DNA of 60,924 nt, the filler included, from Sphacelaria rigidula (taxonomy: Eukaryota), in NCBI GenBank assembly GCA_964200075.2. It is 10 parts of 10 records of this genome, joined end to end, with 100 filler letters (N's around TTAATTAATTAA, not from the genome) between each part and the next. Parts side by side here need not be neighbours in the genome. Positions count along the whole stretch, not along the records: positions 36,617 to 42,618 come from CAXNAA020022874.1; positions 42,719 to 48,720 come from CAXNAA020022875.1; positions 48,821 to 54,822 come from CAXNAA020022876.1; 7 more parts are not named here. One strand, 5' to 3'. Numbering within the stretch: position 1 is the first letter of the stretch; every line of letters begins with the position of its first letter. The notes under the pieces are model-generated. The model saw nothing but the letters and a program-made list of their open reading frames with translations. It was not told the origin of the DNA and ran no database searches. Positions 36,617-50,631 of this stretch are shown in pieces. The position numbers and the translations under genes were made by a program.

Positions 36617-37235
36617 CGATAGCAAGCCAGAAAAGTACAGCCGACAGTAGGCGGTAGAGGCAAAAACAACACAACAAGCGGGACAACAACAACAGCAAAG
36701 CAGGATAGCAGAAAGCACGGTGGAAACAGCAGCAGCAGCAGCAGCAATAGCAACGACAGCAGCAGCGACAACAACACAGCAGCAGCAGCAACGCAGCAGC
36801 AGCAACAGACAACCACAACAACAACAGCAACACTAATAATAAACAACATCGACAACAGACAACCGAAAACAGCAACAGCAACAACAACAACAACGACGAC
36901 GACAACGACAACAACAACAACAACAACAACAACAACGAAGGCAGCGGAAGCATGCAGCAACACTTACGACGACACAGCCGCGCGTAGGAAAGACAACGAC
37001 AACAAGAGCAACAGCACACCAGTGCGTCGAGCAGCAGCAGCACCGCAATAAGGGCAACGCAACACCGGCACGGCTTCAACAAACAACAGCGCAACGGCGG
37101 TACGGCAGCGCGAGCAACAGCACAAAACAACAGCACAGCCGTGCGGCGGGCAGCAGCAGCACACAGCGGCGGCACGGCAGCGAAGAGCAACAGCACAGAA
37201 CAACAGCGAAAACCACAACAACAAACAACAACAGC
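36617..37235. repeat. CAA/CAG-rich low-complexity tract whose first ~165 bp are duplicated at ~41386-41550
   Basis: CGATAGCAAGCCAGAAAAGTACAGCCGACAGTAGGCGG... is near-identical at both sites, differing in CAG repeat count. Confidence 0.88.
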
Positions 37236-39559
37236 GCGGGTGCACAGCTTCCGCAGCTGTCTGGAGCCTGGTGTTCCGAAGCGCCCAGAAGTAATTGTAG
37301 GCCCTCTGGTTCGTTGAACTCGTCCAATTCTCGGTCGACCGTATTGCCTTTCATTAAATTATATCGGCTAGGTCATTTCGCTTTTGCTTTGGACGTTTGC
37401 AGTGGCGTGCTGATGAACCATCCCGGATGAAGTCGTGCATAAATCCGTTGGTGGCGCTCTGCTTGGGTTGTATGTAACGCAGTGCAATGCGACGGGAAAC
37501 AACGCAATACCACGCACAGATAGAACGACAGAGCCTACCGAGTCCATGCTTACTCTTTACTGCTCCGCGAACTCTACCATGTTCGAGGCAATCCGAAAAG
37601 CGAGTGCAAGCATACCATGGTGCAGTTGTTTTTGCTATTGAAACCGATGAGGGCACGCAAGTGTGAAGCAGCGCGGTTGTGTTGTTTCGTACTCGTGGGA
37701 AGAAGGGCTATGTTTATGGTGCAGTGTGAATTTTCCCACACTTGTACAAAGCCCACCATTTACCATATATGAATAGAGTGACGCGACAAAATGAAACCTC
37801 AAACCTCCCCACAAAACATTATTTACGGAGGCGCATGCCACCTCTTTGGCGATCATGCTGGAGTTGACTCTACACAAGCACGGATTGGACACCATGTCAT
37901 GGTTCGATACTCACCACCTAGGTAGGAAGATGCCAGTTCAGTGGGCACCGGGGACTAGCGGGCCCAAACACAATCATTAGTATCGAATCCATTTGAGTTC
38001 GACGTTACCGAGTGCAGAGCCAGTCATGTTCGCACCAGTGATCAGGTGGCATGCCGTGGTCCGAGCAGGAGGCAAGGCAACATGTGTTGCATGAAGGGCC
38101 GGCTTACATTTTGTGAATCCCAAAGACTCCCCTGAGATAGCAGTCCGTGATAGTGTTGATGCTTCTTGTATTATTGGCAACCGGCTGGTAGCTGCTAATC
38201 GCGCGTTGAGATAAGTTCCCAAAAGACTGTGTGCCGAGTAGGGGACCACTGTGGAAATCAATCAGACTCAGAATGGCCCATGACCTGTCGGGCTAGACAA
38301 CTCAAGAGTATGACGCATGGAATCTACTCGACTGGACAACAACCGATAAATCCGGAACATCCCCCCAGCCTTTTAATAAGGCTAAGCGAAAGAAATGTGG
38401 GAAACGAAGCCTGTGCATTAGCACCTGAAGTAAGGAAATGAGAAAAACCTGCCACTAATGTTGCAGGGGAAAAATCGGTATCTAATAGATAGGTAAACCC
38501 CGTTAGACGGGGGAAACCCTATCCGTTAGGAACGGCAGAAAATCTATAGCGCCCTTTCCAATCAACAGAAACCGCAGACAAGTACGATCGCCGTCGTTTT
38601 CCCGGGATCTCATTTAGACTGGAGAACGATTAGCTTATTAGCTTCATCGCGCGTCGACACCCCAGATCAGTTACACTGAATTCCGGGATAGTGCGGGGCT
38701 TTAACCACATCCAACGTAGGTTGGATTCGCTAAAAACAACCTCACCACGAACTTATCAATAGTACGTTACACCCTCTCTACTCGAGGTATTCTTCGATGA
38801 CCTGGTACTAACATTAGACATGGCAAAGCAAGGGGTGAAGTTGCTGAAGAAAGTGGAAACAGTGCAGCTGGCAGCAGCTAAAATAATACTTTGATGCGGA
38901 AACGGTGCAAATGGCAGCAGGTGAAAGAAAACTTTGATGCAATAAAATTAGTGTACAAGTTGGGAACAGTACAGATTGCAACAGCTCAGGGGATACTTGG
39001 ATGCAGTGAAGTTGGTGAAGGAGTTGGGAACGGTGCAGATTACAGCAGTCAGGGAAATTACTTGGATGCTCGAAACAAATGAGTACGCCCCCCCCCCCTT
39101 CGAAGTAATTCCCTAATCCCCACCCGTCAGTGCCTGAAACAACGTAAAGTTCCCGACAATCCAACACGGTGACAGATACAGGCAATGCAGTCCAACACGG
39201 GGACAAATCCAGGGGTCAGATGGAATGTGGATGTACCGTTCCAGTTTGGTCCACCCCAAGGTGGGACGCAAACACTTCGGGTATGGAGTGTTTCGGATGG
39301 GGTGGGCGGATATGGAAGGAACTTCTTGCTTTTGAGACAGCGGTGGTACGTGTGCAATGTTTACGGCCAGTCCAGAGCTCGTAAAACTGTAGACATAATC
39401 ATGGAGAAAAATAAAATAGACAAGGCATGTTGAATAAAAATATAATATTGAGACACGTTGTACTGAATATACGGAGACAAAGCACAAACATGACAAGAAA
39501 CGTGACCTGACACGCATGAGTTGTACATTGATGGTCGTTGGGCGAGTCTCTAGTTCGTA

Positions 39560-39921
39560 TGCCATATCCTAGCTGAGCCATCATGAGACAACCGGATTAT
39601 GGTAGTGGTCAGCGCGGCGACTAGAGTGCTACGCTCCTGGACCAACTGTCCAAGGTACCCGGTAGGTCTAGAAACGAAGGTAGTTTTTCGACTGTACGGA
39701 CGTGACATCTAAGCAATTACGTTGCGTTTGGAGGGGGCTGGTTGTATCCCGGTATTATTGATCAACAGGCCAAGGAACTTGTGAGACCCTGCAGTAAAGA
39801 CGCATTTGGCGAATTTGGCGAATTTTACCAAACATATATCGTGTAGTCGACAAACTTTGCCAGGGAAAGTTGGGTGAGCAACACCTCGGTCAAGAAGCTT
39901 GTGCACTTCTTCTCTGATCAT
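39560..39921 (-). mobile_element. Ty3/gypsy reverse transcriptase remnant (internally deleted)
   Basis: IREEVHKLLDRGV...AKCVFTAGSHKFLGLLINNTGIQPAPSK matches the gypsy RT start and the KCxF....xFLGxxI...GIxPxPxK motif, with the catalytic core missing. Confidence 0.72.
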
Positions 39922-41933
39922 GCGGCGTTCTCATGGTGGGAGGCCGTGTGGTTTTGTGGCAAAGGGTGTGCACGCGGGACAACAAGCAGCGAAAATATGG
40001 AACTCGTGCTTCGCCCCCCCAAGGGGGTTCAGTGGGTCTGGAAGAACTGTCAAAGACAAGAAGGTATGTAGTCGCGCAGTCAACTTGCATGGTACGCTGG
40101 GCAAGAAGGGCAAAAAGGTAAAGCAGGCGAACTACTCAAGTCTGCGTACTGTGTAAGTAATGACAAGACATTGCATGGAAAGATTAGTGGTTTCATGATA
40201 TCGAAAGCCAAGTTTGAAGCAACTGACCAATGTAGTATCCAGCTACGGTATCAGGAAGGGACAAGGTAGTAGTCAACTACGATACAGGGTGCGTCAAGAA
40301 GTTAACCTGGAGAATAGCAAACCATACAATCGATTACCAGTGTGGGATAAATTTGGGATTCTGTTTAGTGGCACCAAGGGAACAACCCTGCTACCAGAAT
40401 GCTATGAAAAGATACACGGGATTAGCAATACCAACCAGAGTGCTGACACTCCACGCCGCAACATACCGTCATGAGCAAACCGTTCAGTGTTTCCGTGATG
40501 AGTAAACCGTTCAGTGTTTCCTGCGTGTCCTCCCCAAAGCAATCGCGTTCAGCGCCGGTTCCCTCATCGGAACGCGACACACCCAAGGCAAGAGTGTAGA
40601 TGAAACAAGGGAGGAAGTAATAGAGGGCACGGTTAGTATGCGTTGAAAGTCTTGTAGTCCGTGAAAATATGGCTCGGTTTTATACCACGTGACGCAGATC
40701 GAAATGTCGTGTGCCGGGCGGTAAATTCGGCGTTTCGGCCTTGGAAACCAGATAGATGAAACGATTAGAAGCGGAATCCTGCTCAAGCATGATGAGTACA
40801 GGCAGCACAACAGACAGGGTCATGCGGATAGCCTACATCCGCACGATCAAAAGAAAAACATCGAGGGCGCAAAACACAACACAAAATTAACAAAACATGA
40901 AGTGAAAAATTGTGCAGCTCAAAAAAGCAAGACGACGGCGGCGCAAAATTACAAAGCACTCAAAATATAGTCGAGTGGCTCAAAAGACAGTTATGGTAGA
41001 CACGACACCCGGAGATGCAGAAAATATTGGAATGTATGATGAAAGAAAATCAATCAAGACCGAAAAAATGGGAAGCTTTACCGCCCGTGCATTTCACAAA
41101 TCCCCATGGCCAAAATAAAAATGCAAAACACATACTGACCATGGTGGGTTGATTGTCCCAGTTGAATATGCAAAATAAATACCGAAATAATTTAGAGAAT
41201 GCCTGGAACACGATCATTGCTGGTTAGGTACAGCGGTGACAGTATGGGTGAACAGGTGTAGGTCAGGCGAAGGTGATAAAATGCAGGCGACAATGACAAA
41301 ACAAAACCTTTGCGATCAGATCGAAGCAAGGTTCAAGAAGAACACGGGGGCGAAAAATACGCGTGCATATGACAACATGCGATACGATAGCAAGCCAGAA
41401 AAGTACAGCCGACAGTAGGCGGTAGAGGCAAAAACAACACAACAAGCGGGACAACAACAACAGCAAAGCAGGATAGCAGAAAGCACGGTGGAAACAGCAG
41501 CAGCAGCAGCAATAGCAACGACAGCAGCAGCGACAACAACACAGCAGCAGCGACAACAACATAGCAGCAGCAGCAGTAGCAGACAGCAGACAGCAACAGC
41601 AGCAGCAGCAACAGACAACAAAAACAGCAACAGCAACAACAACGACAACGGACAACGACGGAAAATCTGCCGCGCAATTGAGTCCCTCTCTGCTCGAGAT
41701 GGTGTATCAGATGGACGTGGCCTGATCTGCGGGTGATATTATTCCCACAAGGCATGAAACACGTCCAACGGGAACCCAGTGAAACTGTCCGAAACATTTT
41801 CTCTGAAAGGCAGTGTGGCCCAGCTTCGCCGTGAAACAACCGCCGTTGATGTTCCCACACTCACGACGATCCTGGGCCCAGCACTGCTTTCCTCTCCGTT
41901 AGAGTCTATAGTAGAGGTGTGGACGTGATGTCC

Positions 41934-42300
41934 TCAGCCAACCCTGAATCTGCCCCCCCAAGCTAGGTAAAAGACCTTGTCTGGAAATGAGTGCTGCAGC
42001 TGTTCTGGGCGCACATGAAATTTCTTCACGTTGGCCGCGAACACCGTTCGCTCTTGCACTTTACTCACCTGCATTTTGACCTCAAGATTGGAATCTGGTA
42101 TCATCACCTGCTGCATCGTCCCCGACCCAGTCCACAAGTCGAGTACTAATTTGGCCGGCACCGGCACATCTTCGTTCAGAAGGGAGCTGTCAGACTCTTT
42201 GACTAGCATCATATCTTATACCTTAGCTAGCGATCCTGCCGACTGACGAATCATCTCGGCATTTCTAGCTAATCTCACCTCTTCCCTACGCCGGTGGCGT
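41934..42300 (-). mobile_element. Ty3/gypsy integrase C-terminal remnant
   Basis: AKLVLDLWTGSGTMQQV...ERTVFAANVKKFHVRP resembles the KLxxxWxGPxxV...VHxxxxKxF (GPY/F) region. Confidence 0.55.
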
Positions 42301-45300
42301 TGGGTTAACATCTCATGAACGTCCTTCAATTTTGTCGCTGTTGCTCTACCGTGTTATTCAACGGTAGCGATTCTGCTTCAGGCGACACATAGTCGACTTG
42401 GGTGCGAGGCTTGCGCTCAAAAGCAGCATTAATCGCGTTGGGTTATGCGGCAGTGACGGGACGGAAGTAGTATAATTAATCCAAACAGCAGGATCCACGT
42501 ACTCGTCCCACCATACCAGCCATTGCTTGCATAGCTAGGCTCGAATGCCACGGAGTCATCCTACGATAGGGGGGGGGGTATTCTGGGCCATTTGTTGCTC
42601 GAAATTTCGAGATGATTCNNNNNNNNNNNNNNNNNNNNNNNNNNNNNNNNNNNNNNNNNNNNTTAATTAATTAANNNNNNNNNNNNNNNNNNNNNNNNNN
42701 NNNNNNNNNNNNNNNNNNCGAACATCAGGCGTTTTATGGCCATTTTTCTCGTGACACTTTTAGCTGGTTTTTTGGGGGGGGGCATCGTAGAAAGTGTCAT
42801 GACTCAAGCACACGAGTCATGCTCGGTGTGTTTTTACAAAACATGCACGAGTGCACTCGTTTCAACGAGTAATGACTCGTCCGACGTGTGAAATCTTGAA
42901 ATTTTTACTTTCTCGACTTTCTTCACCACCTGGGGACGTCCTTTGCGTCTTTTCACAGTCAATTTACAAGTGCAAATTGTGTCAATTCAGTAAAGGACCC
43001 ACCTCTGGCGGTCAAAGGGTTGAAACGTTCCACCTGTCACCTCTACAACTTGCCGCGTCCCTCAGCTGCCTGTCTTACCACGTTAGGTCGCAGTATTTCG
43101 TCTGTTGCGATTGCTGGATGTACGCAACATAAGAGCTAACGGCGCGCCTCGGTGATAAAAATTAAAATAATACAAGTGACGCATGACACCATTAGATCCG
43201 GAAAGACGCGGGCTCGATTCCCACCAAACGCATATTTTGACACTTGGGCTTTTTTTTTCAGAAGTGAATGACTTCCACAATTAAACGTGAGCACCTACAG
43301 GTGAGAAGCAAAAAGACACGTTTTCTCAACGAGACAATCTCGTTCTATCGTCGTCGCTGTGATTTGTTTCATGCTGCCCGGACGGAACACACCCTGAGAA
43401 AAGAACTGTACCCGTATCAACACATCAATGCTACTGGCTCCCTCTTGTAGGCTGTCGTGCTAGCTATTGTTTTTAACGGCTGCTGTTGATCAGCGCCGTA
43501 CAGATAATACCCACGGTGTCCACTGGCAGGCCAGGGCTGGCGCATTTTTGGGGTATAGATACAGTCCATACCGTGACAGCAAGTTGGTAAGGTACAACGG
43601 CGGAGACAGCCAAGCACTCCATACGCGGGACACTAGAGAGTTAGCGAAAACATGTGTTTCGCGTGCATGTGCAACCCGTGTTTTGAGGCGCCGCTTCCTT
43701 TCGAAGGAATACAGTACGCTTTCTTCATGACTGGGTGCTCGAAAAAATATGATGGATGCTGGGTGCACATCTTTTTCTAGCGCCACTGCAACTACCGTCC
43801 TGGGCTGTAGCAACCGAACGAAGGGAAATGAATCCCGACCAGGCCCAGACAACAAACGACGAATGAGTAAAATCTTGTTGAGCTCTCTGCGGTAGTTGCG
43901 GCTCGAGTAGCTCACGTGAATCCACCAAACGTTCGGAATGAAATCCGTCCAAGAATGATGTAAAACCACCAGGTATAGCTGATCGCAGTCTAATTTTCAT
44001 TTAATGAGTCGTACTTGTGAACTCGGTGCCGTTTCCTGGAGACCGCGCCGCAACCTATAGGGGGGGCGTAGGAAAGGATTAGCTCAACAAACCAGTTGTT
44101 TGTGTGCGATGGAAGTCCTACAACTGTTGTAATGAGCGGCTTGCAGATAACGTCATACTGCTTTGATAATGGTTTTTGGAACAAGTTTTTCTTTTTCAAA
44201 ACCTGTACCCGCGAACTCCCCGCAGGTAGATTCATATGAACTTTGCCACATTTGGGATTCAGAACAGGTGTTTTCTCAAAAGACAAAATGCCGTTTTTCA
44301 TGAACATGTGGATGATGAGCGTATGAATAAAATACAGTCCTAGAGAACCCCTGGCAGGTTTTGAGCCAGAAGTCGAGTGCACGCAGATGCAGTATGCACA
44401 GTACGCATGTCTTCGCTGAGCAGTCTGTGGTTTTCGTGGAGTACACGCCTTTATGGTCTACAACTGGCGTACGCTGGCAGCCGCCTCTGTTGCAATATAT
44501 GCAAACAACATACATCCTCTTGCTCTGTTTATGCTCTCGCAGCAGTTGGGGTGTTTTCGGGGCAGGGCTGACACACACTGAGCGTGTTTTGTTCCTGCAC
44601 GCATGCCACATTGTCTCAAGTATACCCCCTCTTCTACTCTCTGCAACGACTCTGTACTGCTGCTCCTCTACCGTACATACATGCGAACTTTTCTCATCAG
44701 CAGATGGATACAAGAGCAAGAAACAGTCAGCGTGCCATCGCTCATCACTGAACGCAGTCTACTGCACGCTGCGGATGTCTCTACTTAGTGTTCCACAACA
44801 ACACTACAGTGTGACGCTATGCAGGCAACACAACAGGGGTCAGGTAGGCAGCAAAGACTATGAGCTGAGAAGGGTTAGAGGCACGCCCTTCGCTAACGTT
44901 TGCTTAGCTGAGTGTGCATTACCCAAATGATCGAGCACGGCTTCGCTTCGAGGTAGTTCGTCTGCAGGGGATCAACGTGACCATTCGGACCAAACACAAC
45001 TATCAAGATGGCCACGTCCCTCCTCTCCGACCTCGTTCCTGACATAGATTTTTCCGCGGGAAACTCCCAAGTGCGCATGGTTGACTTCGTGAGCTTCCCG
45101 GCTGTTGTGCGAACATGCGCTTGCTCCCCCTCAAAAATCACCCCCCCGCCTCCTGGAAACCCCTGGATATCCCTGGACTGTTAGACGGCGAGACTATTCG
45201 GACGCAAGGCTAGCAGTCAAAGAGTCACGGCCACTGTTATATACCATTAGACCACCGGGGTCGGTTAGGTGAGAGTTACTCTATAGTAGTGGCGTCACGA

Positions 45301-45355
45301 TCTCCAACAACACACGACACGTTTTATTTTACAACAATGCAGTCCTAGTACCGAC

Positions 45356-46828
45356 TAGAGGTGAGCAACGTTCGAAAAAGAACTGGTTATAAACGCTCGT
45401 TGGAACACCTTGTCGATGTTTACCGGTTCAGGTTTGGAACAAAAAAACTGGAGATTTTCTGACCCGGTTGAACCGGGAACGGAGGCGATCCTCCGGCGCT
45501 TAAACCGGTTCAATTGCGGCCAAGTTTGGCAGCGAAAGCGTGACATGTGATACGTCAAACTCTACACGTTACCCTTCTCCCGACGTGTGAAATCATGCAG
45601 TCAGCTCGCTGACGCCACGATACCGCGGAGGTGAAAACCAATGCACTCGTATTCTCGAGATTTCCGCGAAACAAAATAAGCCAAGAGCCGATCGACATCG
45701 AAGGTGGACGTGTTGACGGCGCAGCCGTCTTGCGGAAGCCTTCTTTCCAAAGCGGGACCGACGATGTCGAAGAAACGAAGGCCGCTGACTGGGAAAAACC
45801 TTGCAATAATTCGAGTGTGCGTGGTGCCGTCGTCACGGGGCTTCCTGACTCGTGCCTAAGGCAGGCATAGTTGATTCGACTCTCACCAGCTTTATCTTTC
45901 GCAAGAGGAGTCATGTTGGTGTTTGAGTGACAGTGTCATACAGAGTAATGTAAGACTGCGACTTTTTTTAGGCAAGGCAAGTGGGCGTGTATTTCTGTAT
46001 ACTCCGAAGATCTGCTCTAGTTTTCTCACGGAGAGTACTGTCATGATGTTGGCATACACAACAAGTCTGGCCTGGCCGTCAGTGTTTCTTTTTGATGAAA
46101 GTTGATGCGATGTCTTGTCGCCTATCACCCTTGTACGACTAATGCGTCATCATTCATTCTGCAGGACAAAATTGCATGGCCTGGCCTGTAGCGTTGTCCG
46201 CTGTTTTCGTTGTTTTGGACACTGAGGCGCTGCACTTTTTCCATTTGAAGTTGAGGGAGAGCATCACCCCTGCTCTTCCCTCGTATTTTTGGGCATTGGG
46301 TTGCAGTGGCGGGCGGAGTATGGTGTGCAAAGTTTCCATTTCGGCACCCTCATATTGACTTGCACGCTGTAGCTCACGCCGGAGATTTTTCACGTGGGCA
46401 GGGTACTTTTTTGCGCGAATACCTCGTCGGTTTGTACATGTCAGTTTCAAGATGGAACAGCAGCTGTTCGAGTAATCATCGACCCCATTTCTCACCAGGC
46501 ATCAACAATTGGTGTCACCAGGCACTGTGCTGTACGTTCGACAGACGTTGCACGGGTGCGGAGGTGTGACATTGAACCTTGCCGTCACTAGCAATGGGTG
46601 TGTTTAAATGTATCAATCACCCACCACACACGAAACACTAGACAACAATGCGCAATTCACCTTCGCTTCTATGATTTGGAGACGATTTGACTTGCTCACC
46701 AGGTTAATCCGGTTCTCTGTGAACCGGTTGAACCGGCTGAAAAAACAGGAGCTTTCCCGTTTTTTTACCATGAAAATAACGCCTCCTATCCAGTAATCGT
46801 TTTTTTTGGCTGCCCGTGCCCACCTCTA
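45356..46828 (-). mobile_element. Non-autonomous or deleted hAT transposon, 1473 bp
   Basis: TIR TAGAGGTGAGCA / TGCCCACCTCTA; 8-bp TSD GTACCGAC / GTACTGAC; subterminal ACCGGTT repeats at both ends; minus-strand remnant LSLKHQHDSSCER resembles the hAT C-terminal dimerisation motif. Confidence 0.82.
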
Positions 46829-47317
46829 GTACTGACCTCCTATCCTGTTTTCTCCAGCACCTTGTCGAAATGCTGATCACGAATGAAAGTGCGCTACTGA
46901 TGTACTGTAGAAGCACATGTGCGTGTTTTCTATTCTAGACGCCAGTGCACACCTTCGGCACATGTCGGCGCATCAGCTCTCCCCCAAGATGTGTTGTCAT
47001 GTTTTTTTTTTTCTGTCTGTTATGCTAGTATATCCCACGTATGGCTATTCTCTTAAAGGTACAAGGATAGAATCACGCGATTCTTTTTGTAATGGTAATT
47101 CACCTCTGGTTCGTGAGTTTGGCTCCATTTCTTTTTGGCATCGCGTGTTGAGTAGGAACGTTGGGCTCTGCCTCCAATAGTCCGGATGATCATTTGCGGA
47201 CCCGGAACTTATGACTTTAGCAGTAGTTATTTTCTTTTTTTCCGTACGAGTACAGTATCGCGTCTGTGTGAGTTTCCTGGGTCCTTTTATATTATATTTT
47301 TTTCATAATACTGTATC

Positions 47318-47450
47318 TTGTATTGGGTAGGCGAGTTAGCCTGCGACCACAGGAGGCGTCTACATCAAATGTCTGGTACGGAGTACTGCGCAGATATCGC
47401 AAAGAATTTCGATGTGAAGACAAACAACAACATCAGCCGGGGTCACATAC
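47318..47450 (+). mobile_element. Possible Ty1/copia reverse transcriptase fragment
   Basis: YWVGELACDHRRRLHQMSGTEYCADIAKNFDV weakly resembles copia RT YLGxEIxRDxxxxxLxLSQxxYxxxIxxRF. Confidence 0.35.
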
Positions 47451-49182
47451 AAGGAAGGTCGACGCAATATTTTATTATCTTGTTTCGAGCACTCCGCCTT
47501 CCTACTGCGGTCCTTGCTTTTCTTTACATCGTGAAATTCTTTCAGCCGTCCCTTCCCTTCGTCGACCATGGAAAACTGAAACTTCTGTCTGAAAAAAGCA
47601 TCCTCGGTGTAACGTATTCACATAGCTGCACGATTTTGGTTCCTTGACCGATCGCGAGAAATATATGAGGCAACGTCCACGTGTTGTTGGGTTGGCGCGG
47701 GCATCTTTGCCTGGTGCTTGCAAACGCGACACACTGTACTGTAACTGTTGTACTGTACTGCACTGCACTATGGTGGTGGAACGGCTCGGCTATCACAGGT
47801 CGTGTAACAGCTGCTCTCGATAAGCTACTGTATGTGTGCACGCGAAGTCGAGTGAGTTGTTTCACTCCGTGCGCTGGGCAATGTACGTGCTCCAGAAATT
47901 TAAAGTAGGCGCAACAGGTGTGAAAGTGTCGGGAGCTAACTTACTGTTGAAAGTAATCTCGTCAAGGTTATGTATTTCGTCAAGAGGCGTGCGTTGTGGC
48001 GGGTCAGGCCACAGTTGGCAGGGGAGGAGGGTGTACCGTGCAGACACCTCAGTGACAGACGGCCAAAGGGCAAAACTCTCGCCGCTGTGGTCCCTGTTTA
48101 CTTCGGCAGAAGGCCAACATCATGAGGATGTAGGCGAGAGTCAGACGTTGTCCCTTGATCAAGGCTTCACTGGGCACATCACAACGCAGCGGAGTGCAGG
48201 AAAGATATTCCATCAGGTGTACAGAAGGCAACAATTACATCCACGCTACCGACTGTACTGTGCTCTCGGAACAGCGAAATCGAAGAGTTACCACCCAGGG
48301 TGTTAAACACCGTCGACGAAAGCAGCATACGATGTATCATCTACGTAGTGCTCGATAAGCATTTGGCAAATTTGCAATCCTGTCATACCTTTGAGAATAT
48401 CTGCAGCTGAAGGCTGAGCTCCAATTTTCAGCGGACCATGTTCTCCACCGTCCATAGCCTAGACAGCACACCAGCCGTCCAGCAATATGGTGCAGGAGCG
48501 AGATCCAAGTAAAAATTGGCGTGTGTGAGAAAGTACGAATGCTTGTATTCGTACTATCGCGCTTGCTCAGACCCGTAGCTTAGGCTATGGAATACATATC
48601 GGATGGAGCGCTTCCACCATGGTCCAGACCAAAGTCTTGCCGAACCATTATTATTATTATTTATTATTATTTCCGCACATTAGTCCGATCTCGCGAACCC
48701 GTGGTCACAGACGTAGGCTCNNNNNNNNNNNNNNNNNNNNNNNNNNNNNNNNNNNNNNNNNNNNTTAATTAATTAANNNNNNNNNNNNNNNNNNNNNNNN
48801 NNNNNNNNNNNNNNNNNNNNAAAACTGCTTGTCGATAGGACTCGGGGCTGGTCGTTATGGGGCCAATCCCCTGTCAAAAGGGGATTGTGGAAAAAGGGAT
48901 TATCCCCTTCGTTAAGACAGGCCCTGAAACAAGCAGAAACAGACAAAAATAGGCAAATAAGTCGAGGAATAACTAGAAATGGACGGTCTCGGCAGCATGA
49001 CCTCAGGTTATTTGTATACAAAAATAACCTTTGCGTGTGATGGTGACGGGAACAGCAGTCTTCCCATTAGGATTGAGTTAACATTGTGTCCCCCTCCACG
49101 TTTTGAGGTTTTTGATTCTTCGTTGTCTCCGTCCGTGTGCCTTTTTTTCCTGTTTTTTGTTTTTTGTTTTTGTCAAACGCAG

Positions 49183-49350
49183 CCCTTCGGCTCTGCACCG
49201 GATCACTTCGTGCAGCGACCAGATCCCATGGCCTCTCTTCGAGCACTTGCAATCGCCATGGAAGAGGAGGACCGATCGGAGGTGGCCAGCTACGTAGCGA
49301 CGGTGTTGCAAAAGCTCTCGAACATGAACGAGCTGCTGCTGGGAGAAAAG
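49183..49350 (+). CDS. PHO80-family (P/U-type) cyclin, exon with GC donor
   Basis: Polypyrimidine tract and ACGCAG acceptor; 56 codons ...EVASYVATVLQKLSNMNELLLGEK; ends AAG|GCAAGT; phase 0 join to the 53007 exon. Confidence 0.72.
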
Positions 49351-49967
49351 GCAAGTCCGCGTTTCACACACACACACACACACACACACCGCTATCATGG
49401 TGGCTCTAGCCGCTCATAGGTGAAGCGTGCGTGGAGTCAAGAGCGTCATATCCACGGTTGGTCGATGTTTTTGATTGTATATTTCTCTCCATTTTTCTTT
49501 TGTCATGATCATTATTGTTATTTCCGCACGTTAGCTCGATTTCTCACACCTGTGGTGGGTTTTTCGTTTTTTTTTCATGTGTGGCATTCACTTTGTTTGC
49601 TGTAAAGAGATATATGTGCCAGAGTCAGTAGTGCTGAGCGAAATCGCCTTCCCGACTCATTTTTTTGCGCACAATTGAAAGTCACCTCCTGACGCCTCCC
49701 AACTGTTTGTGTGTACAGTACGAATAGTGAACGGTCGCGCATGCTTCTGTTGATTCTCGTGGAGTCTTCTGTCTCTTTGCCTCTCTCTCTTTCTGTCTCC
49801 GTTCGTTGTGTCTGTTCTTGTCGCTGGGCCTGTCTCTGTGCCTCCTTTTTCATCAATCCTCAATATAGTTTCCATCTTCGCGTCTCTGATCCTATTATCC
49901 TTACCAAAGCTGTCACCGCCAGGGTGGGTCATCTGGGTCTTCTGGTCTTTTTTTGAGTGAAAATAAT

Positions 49968-50357
49968 CAGGGATGTGTACGGTAGAAACTGCGTTTTTTT
50001 TCGTTTTGCCCTGGGATCTACAGTAAAACAAGTTTGATGCAAAGAAGGGCAAAGACAACAGCTGATTATGACGGAAAAGAACCAGCGTGTTCGCGTTGCG
50101 AAATACATTGTCTTCCTCCCTCAGGAGCCATTTGAAGAAAAATCCGCGGCTTGAAATCCGTGAAAAATTCGCCACGGATTACGCTGTAAATCCGTAGCAG
50201 GAGCCGTAATATGAGTCCGTTCGAAGCGGAATGTGCGCGGATCGAGTCCCCGTACCGGTTACTTTTTCGTGTTCCCTCTTTTATTCATGTTTCGTTTTTG
50301 TTCTGACGCTACAGTCTTCAATCCGTAGAACCACGGCTTTATACGTACACATCCCTG
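49968..50357. mobile_element. hAT-type MITE, 390 bp, in the cyclin intron
   Basis: Perfect 14-bp TIR CAGGGATGTGTACG / CGTACACATCCCTG; 8-bp TSD AAAATAAT / GAAATAAT; internal repeated AATCCG motifs. Confidence 0.85.
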
Positions 50358-50399
50358 GAAATAATCCCGCTTCAACATGAGGTCAACCCGGGCTGTTAA

Positions 50400-50631
50400 C
50401 CCTTTTGGAACTCGCGAAAAACAGTACGAACTCTCGTATGTCAGCTTTCGTCACCGGAAGAACGTCACTTCGAGTTCGGTGCACGAATCTGTCTCATTAT
50501 TATACTTGAACTTAGAGTGGTGCACCACTTTGGTGGGCTGGATCATTGACAGTTGCAAAAAAACAACAATATCTTGCTCAAGAAAACGTCAATTGTAAAT
50601 CGTCATTTTTCCATCAACGGTTCTAAACGGG
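50400..50631. mobile_element. piggyBac-type MITE, second copy
   Basis: TTAA-CCCTTTTGGAAC...GGTTCTAAACGGG-TTGA, colinear with 12295-12533. Confidence 0.8.

Noticed and set aside
36561..37354. Long Leu/Cys/Val/Ala-rich ORFs (also 41263-41860 and 21919-22191)
   Set aside because: They are translations of CAG/CAA microsatellite tracts, open in several frames with no domain or splice support.
43490..45141. Overlapping 130-190-aa ORFs as a gene or viral insert
   Set aside because: No recognisable motifs, no consistent coding strand and no splice pattern.
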